The notes beneath the pieces were generated by a model. The model did no database searches, was not told the origin of the DNA, and was given only the letters and a program-made list of their open reading frames with translations. From a virus (lineage: Duplodnaviria; Caudoviricetes), in the IMG/VR virus record IMGVR_UViG_3300012041_000008, positions 1 through 48,405 of that record: a stretch of 48,405 bases of DNA; one strand, written 5' to 3'. A program made the translations under genes and the position numbers. Shown in pieces: positions 29,025 to 36,120 of the stretch. Each line of letters opens with the position of its first letter. Position 1 is the stretch's first letter.

Positions 29025-29684
29025 TTACTGTTTACTTACTTTCTTAGACTTGAGGAACCTTCTGCTAACACCAATCAATCCTGTTCCTAGCAACAATAAA
29101 GTAGCCGGTTCAGGAATAACTGGAGCAGCAGAAAAGGTTCCCGATACGTTTGAAGTGAAATCGCCAAATGAGTTATTGACGATTGTAATACCAGGAAGGA
29201 TATTGGTAAATGCAAGAGCCATTGCTGTTGGGTCACCTAATGGCATTCCAACAACATCACTGGTAAATACCAATGTTAAAGGCGGCTGTGTTGCACCTAA
29301 CAATAATGTAGTTCCACCGTCTGCACCAAGACTAATTCCATCAAATGTTCCTGATAGATAATTAAATCCACCAGCACTAAGAATGGAAAAGGAACCACTA
29401 TATGCTTGGGTATAAACACTCCCAAACACATTGACAACAGCACCAGTCGATACCGCATCTAAACTGAATAGAGCATTGATTGCTACACCAGTCTCATTTA
29501 ATGTGGTAATAATAACCGGAACACCATTAGCATCTAATGTAGTGATACCAGCAGTCTCATCACCTGTTAATAAATTGGTTCCAGTGGACTGACCAAAAAT
29601 TGCAATAGTAGCTGCTTCTGCTCTATTGATTAGTGGTGATACAAACAACGAAAGCAGAAGGGGGAGCGCAACGAGTAGTCTCAT
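29025..29684 (-). CDS. PEP-CTERM sorting-domain protein
   Basis: Signal peptide ending AEA; C-terminal IPEPATLLLLGTGLIGVSRRFLKSKK; AGGAG RBS. Confidence 0.93.
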   Translation of the reverse strand: MRLLVALPLLLSLFVSPLINRAEAATIAIFGQSTGTNLLTGDETAGITTLDANGVPVIITTLNETGVAINALFSLDAVSTGAVVNVFGSVYTQAYSGSFSILSAGGFNYLSGTFDGISLGADGGTTLLLGATQPPLTLVFTSDVVGMPLGDPTAMALAFTNILPGITIVNNSFGDFTSNVSGTFSAAPVIPEPATLLLLGTGLIGVSRRFLKSKKVSKQ

Positions 29685-29702
29685 CTTTATTCTCCTATTG
29701 GG

Positions 29703-30320
29703 TTATACATCTATCACTTGGAAGGATTTCTCTTCTTTCATTGCCGGCACATTAATGATAATAGCGGTTCTATTCCCCCTACCATTATCCTTTTCACCTG
29801 TAACTCTATCTAGAATCTTAGACATATCTACAGCTATCTTTGAAGCTTCTGTAGCATCTGTATTGTCTAGATTGTTGGCAACATGACCTAAAGCTGCTGC
29901 TAGGTTGGTTATTAGCTGGTCTTCAATTACCTTTTCTCTATCTTTTCTTTCTGTAGCTATCTTTGATATACCCTCTTTAACATCATCTCTCAACTCTTTA
30001 TCCACACCTGCTGCAACTGTTGTTATTCCTCTAGAAGCTAAAGAAACAGTATTCTGTGATACACCAACCAAATCAGCAATATTCTGTTGGGTATCCAGCT
30101 CACTTAATATACCAATCAATGTCCTATCTGTATGGTCTAATCTCTTCTCTCCCTCACCATTAATAGAATTCTTTCTAGTTTTTCTTTCTCTTTCTTGAAT
30201 TTTTATTTCTGTCTTGTTTAACCTCTTTTCTAATTCTTCTTTGGTAATATACATTGTTTCACCTGCACGCGCAGCCTCTACCATATCATCCTTTAGAATT
30301 GAAATCAAGCCCATGTTCAT
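29703..30320 (-). CDS. HTH protein, putative terminase small subunit
   Basis: TQQNIADLVGVSQNTVS HTH, helical region, IIINVP beta tail; first gene of late arm. Confidence 0.65.
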   Translation of the reverse strand: MNMGLISILKDDMVEAARAGETMYITKEELEKRLNKTEIKIQERERKTRKNSINGEGEKRLDHTDRTLIGILSELDTQQNIADLVGVSQNTVSLASRGITTVAAGVDKELRDDVKEGISKIATERKDREKVIEDQLITNLAAALGHVANNLDNTDATEASKIAVDMSKILDRVTGEKDNGRGNRTAIIINVPAMKEEKSFQVIDV

Positions 30321-30333
30321 TGGCCTAAGTCAC

Positions 30334-30430
30334 TGTCCACAAAGTGTCCACAACTATGGTTGTCCCAAATTTTTAATTTTTAATAACTTTACTTTACCAC
30401 CTTTCCAAAAGTCCACAGTTCAATTTGTCC
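30334..30430. repeat. Five GTCC-core direct repeats, including two GTCCACA-N7-TTGTCC units
   Basis: GTCC at 30335, 30346, 30362, 30411, 30427. Confidence 0.65.
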
Positions 30431-30752
30431 TTATCTTTTTATTTTTTTGTTTTTTCTTTTTTTTAAAGTAACGATTAGGATGTATCTTCCCTGTGGCGGG
30501 ACGCGATGGAACCGCCACTGTTTTGGGGTGTAGGGGGTGGGTTATTGTGATTGAGATTATCGAACACTAAAGAGCGATGCGTGTTATAACACCTAAAGCT
30601 AGGGCATTTACCTTAATCAAAAACTATACCACTTATCCTAAGCGTATTAGTCTACCAATCCTATAGACTAACACGGGTATAGATTACGCTGGTATAAACG
30701 ATAGAACGTTTTGATTAGTCAAAGAATGGTGTTTGTGTATTCAAAAAGGTAG

Positions 30753-30791
30753 GGCGAAAGTTAAGCGAAAAATCGGCAAGGTTAAGCGAAC
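30753..30791. repeat. GGCGAAAGTTAAGCGAA-type repeats (motif shared with 32043-32068 and 32479-32504)
   Basis: ggcgaaagttaagcgaaa and ggcaaggttaagcgaac. Confidence 0.65.
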
Positions 30792-30826
30792 GTTGTAAGG
30801 TCTGAGGTATACCCGCCACAAACGCT

Positions 30827-30863
30827 CTAGTCTATTCCTAGAGCATCCTAGAGCATTCTAGAG
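30827..30863. repeat. 10-bp tandem CTAGAGCAT(C/T) repeats
   Basis: CTAG at 30827, 30838, 30848, 30858. Confidence 0.7.
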
Positions 30864-30996
30864 GGTATCGTTTTAACCTAATTTTGCATCATTTACAGCC
30901 TTTTCGGTCGATTGACCAAAGAGACTTTTGTCTACCGAATTACCGATTAGTGATACTTCCTACTTTAGCGATTGCGTAGTTTATGGGCCTTTATTG

Positions 30997-31013
30997 GTGG
31001 CATGTATCCTGCT
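30997..31013 (+). promoter_or_regulatory. Putative sigma54 (-24/-12) promoter
   Basis: GTGGCATGTATCCTGCT: GG-N10-GC spacing, close to YTGGCACGNNNNTTGCW. Confidence 0.55.
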
Positions 31014-31045
31014 ATATGACTCTTCGTTATTTCGTTTAGTCGGGC

Positions 31046-31095
31046 GGACGGTCGCGGTTTACGCGAAAGGTCTTCGGACTACCGGAGGACCGTCC
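31046..31095 (+). promoter_or_regulatory. Structured 5' leader with cUUCGg tetraloop
   Basis: GGACGGTC/GACCGTCC outer stem enclosing GGTC-TTCG-GACT. Confidence 0.65.
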
Positions 31096-31168
31096 CATAG
31101 CAGGTCTTTCACAACAGAATACAGGCAGTCGGATATCGGTATCTTTCTATCCGTTAGAGAGGTTTCCC

Positions 31169-31828
31169 ATGTCCGATGTTAAGTCAGTCGTAATCAAGCT
31201 TTTTGATTGCATTATCGCCCGTCGCGGTAAGGCAGCAAAAGGGACCGTCAAGGTTCAAACCTTTGGCAAACCGTTGCCAAACAAACCGAACCGAAAGGGT
31301 ATCATTGCGAGATACACTCGGTTCTGGTCCTACGACCATGCCGAGTCAATTCAAACGGAAGCATTGATGGCCGAATGCGCGAAAGTGGCACCCATCAATG
31401 TAATCCTCATGAGAGGCGCCGATGCTATTCTGAAATCGAGTCAGATTCGCAGTCAATCTCATGTCGCCATTCTCTCTACGCGAATCTTTGCAGAGGGACT
31501 AGCGATTGACTCAGCAGACGCAAAGACAATCGCTCAAGCATGGCTGTCCCAACAGTCATTCGAGCGAAAGAATGACTCACCCGTTACCACAATCGAGTCA
31601 TTCATTGCCCGTCGCGTCAAGGCAGTCGCTAAATTAAAGGCTCAGGGCCTTTGGATAGTCAAGCCCGTCGCGTCTTCGTCTAATCTGGTCAAGCCCGTCA
31701 AGGCAGAAGAGGCACCAGAGGCAGAAGAGCCAGACGAAGACGAAGACGAAGACGACGAAGACGTTGACTCAGAAGACGAAGAGTCAGACGAAGAGTCAGA
31801 GTCAGACGAAGTAGTCCCAAACGAATAA
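31169..31828 (+). CDS. Stand-alone early protein with basic body and acidic C-terminal tail
   Basis: GAGAGG RBS, GC-richer codons, D/E tail, own terminator. Confidence 0.9.
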   Translation: MSDVKSVVIKLFDCIIARRGKAAKGTVKVQTFGKPLPNKPNRKGIIARYTRFWSYDHAESIQTEALMAECAKVAPINVILMRGADAILKSSQIRSQSHVAILSTRIFAEGLAIDSADAKTIAQAWLSQQSFERKNDSPVTTIESFIARRVKAVAKLKAQGLWIVKPVASSSNLVKPVKAEEAPEAEEPDEDEDEDDEDVDSEDEESDEESESDEVVPNE

Positions 31829-31878
31829 CCTTTGCCCCAAGCGGTATAGTGTTATACCGCAATAATGGGCAAAGGTTA
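31826..31878 (+). promoter_or_regulatory. Two-segment hairpin (RNase III-substrate-like)
   Basis: 12-bp stem TAACCTTTGCCC/GGGCAAAGGTTA, internal loop, 8-bp stem GCGGTATA/TATACCGC. Confidence 0.7.
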
Positions 31879-31935
31879 AGGTTCTGGTAGTTCACCCGAT
31901 ACCGCTCTTGTCCGACTGCCTGTATTTTGCCCGTC

Positions 31936-31978
31936 AAGGCTCGGTTTACTCATTAGTGAGTATGCCGGGCCTTTTTTT
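31936..31978 (+). terminator. Rho-independent terminator
   Basis: AAGGCTCGGT-TACTCA/TGAGTA-GCCGGGCC stem followed by T7. Confidence 0.9.
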
Positions 31979-32042
31979 ATGTCTGGCTCTATAATTTATA
32001 GCCCTATATCTTATAGGTATATAGATTATAGAAGTTAAAGAT

Positions 32043-32504
32043 TAGTGGGTTTCGCCTACTTTCGCCTTATAAATACCGGATGTATGCTGGATACTTTCCG
32101 AGTATATAGCGGACACTTACCGGGCATATTTTTGGCTGTAAGTGTAGGCGGGATAAGGACTTAGCACTAGGGTAAGGCTCACCATACATTTTAATAGCAT
32201 GGGTATAGTGTAGTATTTACATAGGGGTATGGTGGGGGTTTTATATGCTCTTTTTTATATATAAAAAATATATAATAAAGAACAAACAACAAAAACCCCA
32301 TAACCTACCCTGTCACCTTAAGAGGACATTAGGCCATATCTTAGGACTGTGGTATAATGGCCGGGTACGGCGGAAGTGTATCGTTTGGTAGGGTTTAGCG
32401 TGAAAAGATTACCCGGTATCTACCCGGAGGATAAGCCTAGAACAACCGGAGAGGCACCAGAGGCATACCAAACTTTACAAGGCGAAAGTAAGCGAAACGC
32501 ACTA
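32043..32504. other. Large degenerate palindrome with AT-rich core, candidate replication origin
   Basis: 26-bp outer arms with 24/26 match; central TTTTTTATATATAAAAAA at 32251-32268; G-rich left and C-rich right flanks. Confidence 0.55.
32348..32358 (+). promoter_or_regulatory. Extended -10 sigma70 promoter for early operon
   Basis: TGTGGTATAAT; weak -35. Confidence 0.65.
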
Positions 32505-32520
32505 GATTAAAGGAAAGGAA

Positions 32521-32742
32521 ATGGCTAAAGATAAACTCTTAAGCAAAGAGAAGATGCGACAGTGGAGAAGAAGATTAGCTTTAGAGAAAGAGGCATTACT
32601 TACTCAAGCTAAAGTTGCTAAGTTTAATGAGAAACAAGGCAATAACAAATCAGACGCAGAAAAAATCGCTTTGTTTAATGAGAAACAAAAAAGAAACCGA
32701 ATTCCATTAAACGAAGTAAAGGATATAAAGGATATCATATGA
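32521..32742 (+). CDS. Basic hypothetical protein
   Basis: AAGGA RBS; internal K(V/I)A(K/L)FNEKQ duplication. Confidence 0.75.
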   Translation: MAKDKLLSKEKMRQWRRRLALEKEALLTQAKVAKFNEKQGNNKSDAEKIALFNEKQKRNRIPLNEVKDIKDII

Positions 32743-32825
32743 AATATGAAACATTCGTTGATTATCTCATCGGCGCTTGTTTTGGTGTTCTAATCGTTAG
32801 CTGGTTCCTTTTGTGGAGTGTGTAG
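32739..32825 (+). CDS. 28-aa membrane peptide (not in ORF track)
   Basis: ATGA overlap; MKYETFVDYLIGACFGVLIVSWFLLWSV; next ATG abuts the stop. Confidence 0.65.
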   Translation: MKYETFVDYLIGACFGVLIVSWFLLWSV

Positions 32826-33059
32826 ATGAGAGAGTATATTAACTACCGTAGCTTTGAGAGCCAGACCATTCGTGACCTATATGAAATGGCTCTCAGGTTT
32901 GGATTCCGTATTGATACCCGCGGAATCTATCCCATCATGATTAAAGGTCAATGTGCTAAGACCTTTTACTCACGCCGCGATGCTTACAATTTCATAGCTA
33001 AGACGCATCCTGTTAACTTTGCAGATGATTTGGCTGCACAGTTAAAGGCACGGCAGTAA
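32826..33059 (+). CDS. Hypothetical protein
   Basis: GGAG RBS; tiles operon. Confidence 0.75.
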   Translation: MREYINYRSFESQTIRDLYEMALRFGFRIDTRGIYPIMIKGQCAKTFYSRRDAYNFIAKTHPVNFADDLAAQLKARQ

Positions 33060-33238
33060 TGATTACCATAGAGTATTGGGACTTAGATTATGACCTTTGC
33101 GTTGTTACCGTTAATAGCAGACAAGAGGCTATTAGCAAAGTAAAGGAACTTCAATCTAATGGTAATCAGATTATTGGTTGGTATTTCGCTTCCAATGATA
33201 CTGATGGATATTCTGTTGCAGAGTTGATTCTTAACTAA
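33059..33238 (+). CDS. 59-aa hypothetical protein (not in ORF track)
   Basis: TAATG coupling; MITIEYWDLDY...LILN. Confidence 0.65.
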   Translation: MITIEYWDLDYDLCVVTVNSRQEAISKVKELQSNGNQIIGWYFASNDTDGYSVAELILN

Positions 33239-33247
33239 GGATTAACA

Positions 33248-33667
33248 ATGGCTTTCGATGTGGCGATAAATAGAATAAGGTTCAAAGCTCGTATTCCAGA
33301 GTTAAAAGCTTTGGAGAATGACTATGGAACCTTTACTTTATCTTGTCGCCACAAAGATATGCTTCGTTGTTCTAAATCCAGACACTTTCGTTCCTGCTAT
33401 GCTCCAAACGGAATAAATCGCCACATTCCTTATCAGCTTTGTCAAGCAACCAATTATGCAATAATCGGAGTAAAGGATAAGAGTGGGGATTATCTTTGGC
33501 GTGCCTTTGTAAGTTACTATAAAGCTAGTTGGCGTGGGGCTACTGATATGCTTACCGTCTACTCTCTTTATGGCAATTATGACAGAGGCTTTGTTCATAA
33601 TGCCGTAAAAGATGCGTTCAAAGACAAGTCTTTTACTGTTCACTTCTCGTTTGATGATGCTGGATAA
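33248..33667 (+). CDS. Hypothetical protein
   Basis: AAGGA RBS; FRSCY motif. Confidence 0.75.
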   Translation: MAFDVAINRIRFKARIPELKALENDYGTFTLSCRHKDMLRCSKSRHFRSCYAPNGINRHIPYQLCQATNYAIIGVKDKSGDYLWRAFVSYYKASWRGATDMLTVYSLYGNYDRGFVHNAVKDAFKDKSFTVHFSFDDAG

Positions 33668-33715
33668 ACTAAAGGAAGATTAAAATGGTAGATATAAATA
33701 GTTCGTAAGACAAAA

Positions 33716-34016
33716 CCACAAAGCTAAGTGGCTCATTTACCTATGAGTCTCTTATAATTACCTCTGAATATGCCATAACTTGCGGGTTATGGGAGCAGGT
33801 AATAATGGGAGTTAAATGAACACTTAGAAATGTGGATTAAAAATAATAATTAAAACTCATAGGCTGATTAAGATAACCGCCTGAGAAACGGTTTGCTATT
33901 CTAATCAGATGAAAGCATTGAGATTAACCAGTTCATGTTGCTGGTTAATACAGGCACCATCTTAAGCCTGTCCTGGGAATTAAGATTTAGTTTGCTGGTT
34001 CTAAATAAAAACCAGC
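33716..34016 (+). ncRNA. Candidate large structured RNA with two pseudoknots, family unrecognised
   Basis: About 11 complementary segment pairs found by hand, several with plus-strand G-U pairs; no ORF in a gene-dense operon. Confidence 0.7.
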
Positions 34017-34040
34017 TTTAGCTACCTAACAGGAGTTAAC

Positions 34041-34304
34041 ATGACCGATATATACAATTCGATAATGGTGGTGCCTATTGAACAGGTTAAACCATTACAC
34101 AGTGACAGAGTGCAATCTGTTAAGAAAGTAATGGCTATACTAGACAAACAAGGCCAGATAGAACCTATGCAAGTAAAGGTATTAGGGCCTGATAGTTATA
34201 CCACGTTTGAACATGACCCGTGGAGTGATACACGGATACTTGCAGCTAAACAATTAGGATGGAAAACATTACTAATTGCTCCAATGCACAAGTATGAGGA
34301 ATAA
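34041..34304 (+). CDS. ParB/Srx N-terminal-like protein (divergent)
   Basis: VPIEQVKP, GQIEPMQV, TRILAAKQLGW; SDTR replaces GxxR. Confidence 0.6.
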   Translation: MTDIYNSIMVVPIEQVKPLHSDRVQSVKKVMAILDKQGQIEPMQVKVLGPDSYTTFEHDPWSDTRILAAKQLGWKTLLIAPMHKYEE

Positions 34305-34305
34305 C

Positions 34306-34527
34306 ATGCCCAAAAACATTACAGCCTGTGAGTGTGAGCACATTAAACACTTCGCAGATGATAAGCCGTTAGAGAATGGGATTCATTCTTACGGCCAGCG
34401 TGAGTTTCCTATTAAGGATATGGTAGCAGCACTTACTGTTGATTTACATATCCTTTACCTTTGCCGCATTTGTGCTACAACCTGCCTGAAAGATTACATC
34501 GTATCTATAGAAGGAGTTAAAGCATGA
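34306..34527 (+). CDS. Small Zn-binding protein
   Basis: CECEH..H and CRIC; GAGGA RBS. Confidence 0.7.
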   Translation: MPKNITACECEHIKHFADDKPLENGIHSYGQREFPIKDMVAALTVDLHILYLCRICATTCLKDYIVSIEGVKA

Positions 34528-34706
34528 CAGTCTATATGGCTTTTCTAAAAGCCGATGGAATTGAACATTACGTTACATATGGTAACGTAGTTGGTATTGA
34601 AAAGGAGAATCAAAGGGTTACTCTAAGCTTCAAAGTTTGCCCGCCTGCTCTTAAAGCTACTATTTCTTTCGGTAACGTAGTATTCGTAAAAGCAAAAGGA
34701 GAATAA
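34524..34706 (+). CDS. Hypothetical protein
   Basis: AAGGAG RBS, ATGA overlap. Confidence 0.7.
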   Translation: MTVYMAFLKADGIEHYVTYGNVVGIEKENQRVTLSFKVCPPALKATISFGNVVFVKAKGE

Positions 34707-34709
34707 ACA

Positions 34710-34865
34710 ATGGCAGAGTTAAGACAGCTTTCTCTTTCTCAAGCGGCAAAGTTTGACCACGAAAACAACCTGAAGAATAAGTTAACAGGTTGGGGAATCA
34801 TCTGCAAAGAAAGGCAGAGGAAAGGAATCTCACGAAAAGCAAAGAGACTCAAGAAACAACAGTAG
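34710..34865 (+). CDS. 51-aa basic protein (not in ORF track)
   Basis: AAGGAG RBS; MAELRQLSL...KRLKKQQ. Confidence 0.7.
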   Translation: MAELRQLSLSQAAKFDHENNLKNKLTGWGIICKERQRKGISRKAKRLKKQQ

Positions 34866-34871
34866 TTAGTA

Positions 34872-34908
34872 TCTGTTCTTAATTTATACCACATAGATTA
34901 AGAACAGA
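34872..34908 (+). promoter_or_regulatory. 16-bp intergenic hairpin
   Basis: TCTGTTCTTAATTTAT / ATAGATTAAGAACAGA with one G-U. Confidence 0.65.
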
Positions 34909-34944
34909 GTAGTAACTATTGGGTTACTTAAACAGGAGTGTATT

Positions 34945-35202
34945 ATGGACATGAGGTTTTTGGTAGCTTCTCTATCAGATGAGGAAGTATCCACTCTTAA
35001 TACTCTAATTTGGAAAAGATTAGAGCAAATCTCTAAGGACAAAGTCAAGGATAAATCTCTCAGCATTGATGAGATACTCCTAATCAATAAAGGACAATAC
35101 ATCAATGCAATTAAAGCTGTTCGCCTTAGACTTGAGTGTGGTCTTAGGGAAGCGAAGCATATGGTAGACGTTTACATGGAACAATCACAAGGAAAAGGTT
35201 AA
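34945..35202 (+). CDS. Ribosomal protein bL12 (L7/L12) C-terminal-domain-like protein
   Basis: INAIKAVRLRLECGLREAKHMVD matches KxxxIKxVRxxTGLGLKEAKxLV; AGGAG RBS. Confidence 0.85.
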   Translation: MDMRFLVASLSDEEVSTLNTLIWKRLEQISKDKVKDKSLSIDEILLINKGQYINAIKAVRLRLECGLREAKHMVDVYMEQSQGKG

Positions 35203-35203
35203 T

Positions 35204-35437
35204 ATGATTAACGAACTGATTAAGAAGCTAAGAAAAGCAGCCGATGTTTTGGATGATTTACTAGACCAAAACCCGTCCCATAATGGGAAAGCCAAACGTG
35301 CTATTCATAAAGCAATAGAGAAAGTAACAAAGAAAAAGAAATCAAAAGCAAAACACTGGACTCAAAGGCCAGAGAATAAGAAGCGTTTTGCTCAGTGGAA
35401 AAAGTCTATGGCTAATGGTAGAAGAGGTAAACTTTAA
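35204..35437 (+). CDS. Basic putative DNA-binding protein
   Basis: N-terminal coiled helix, Lys-rich linker, HWTQRP tail. Confidence 0.6.
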   Translation: MINELIKKLRKAADVLDDLLDQNPSHNGKAKRAIHKAIEKVTKKKKSKAKHWTQRPENKKRFAQWKKSMANGRRGKL

Positions 35438-35446
35438 AGGTGTAAT

Positions 35447-35641
35447 ATGGCAAAGAAATGGAAAGTAATTCGTAGACAAAGACCTATACCTGGTGGTAGA
35501 GATGCTTTACCATCTTGTGTATTAAAGTCTATAAGACGAGCGGTAGAGAATGAAGCCATGAGATTAGGAGTCTCTAAAAGTTTCGTTGTAGCCGTTCGAC
35601 TTGCCAAGTCTTACAACATTACAGAACAAGAGGAGCTATAA
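35447..35641 (+). CDS. Ribbon-helix-helix-like regulator
   Basis: IRRAVENEAMRLGVSKSFVV pattern. Confidence 0.6.
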   Translation: MAKKWKVIRRQRPIPGGRDALPSCVLKSIRRAVENEAMRLGVSKSFVVAVRLAKSYNITEQEEL

Positions 35642-35857
35642 GTGACCAATAAAGAAGTAATTGAATTTGTTAAAGCTATAGCTCATGCCGTTTTTGAAAT
35701 GGCAGACTCAGATTTAACACCAGGAGAAGAAACAGAGGTAATAGAACACCTCTGTAATGAACAGAATAAATGGGAAACTAATAGTGTTGGATGGAAAGTA
35801 TTAGAGTCCCTAAAGGAATACATTAGATACAAAGGCCCTGACTTGACTGTAAATTAA
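35642..35857 (+). CDS. Hypothetical protein
   Basis: GAGGAG RBS, GTG start. Confidence 0.7.
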   Translation: MTNKEVIEFVKAIAHAVFEMADSDLTPGEETEVIEHLCNEQNKWETNSVGWKVLESLKEYIRYKGPDLTVN

Positions 35858-35898
35858 GAATGTGATATCGTGGTCTTTGCTTTTCCAGGAGAAAACAA

Positions 35899-36120
35899 AT
35901 GAATAAGACTGAGAAAGAAGCAAACGTAAGAGAAGCGACCAATAGTGTTCAAGCTGCAAAGACAGAGCTTGATTCTGTATATCTTCGATACATGGAAGGT
36001 GCTATTACAGCGATAGAATTGCAAACGCATGTAATAACATTCTTGAGTTATGTCCACAATGCAAATCTAATTGATGCCTTTCAAGAAGATGGAGAAGATA
36101 CAACAGAACGGAAAATGTAA
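35899..36120 (+). CDS. Hypothetical protein
   Basis: AGGAG RBS. Confidence 0.7.
   Translation: MNKTEKEANVREATNSVQAAKTELDSVYLRYMEGAITAIELQTHVITFLSYVHNANLIDAFQEDGEDTTERKM

Larger units (their letters stand above)
31115..31929 (+). repeat. Long-range inverted repeat bracketing the 31169-31828 gene
   Basis: 31118-31133 AATACAGGCAGTCGGA is the exact reverse complement of 31911-31926; CGGTATC 31137-31143 pairs with GATACCG 31898-31904. Confidence 0.9.

Noticed and set aside
30334-30420. DnaA boxes
   Set aside because: TGTCCACA resembles TTATCCACA, but the conserved core across copies is GTCC and none fits the full consensus
31046-31095. Hammerhead ribozyme (GAAA next to a UUCG stem)
   Set aside because: No CUGANGA core and no correctly placed UH cleavage site
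30928-31182. 84-aa ORF
   Set aside because: TTG start without RBS; overlaps the promoter and structured leader
33716-34016. Group I/II intron, tmRNA, RNase P or pistol ribozyme
   Set aside because: I could not find their conserved cores (P7 elements, GUGYG/domain V, tRNA-like ends, GAGGAAAGUCC)
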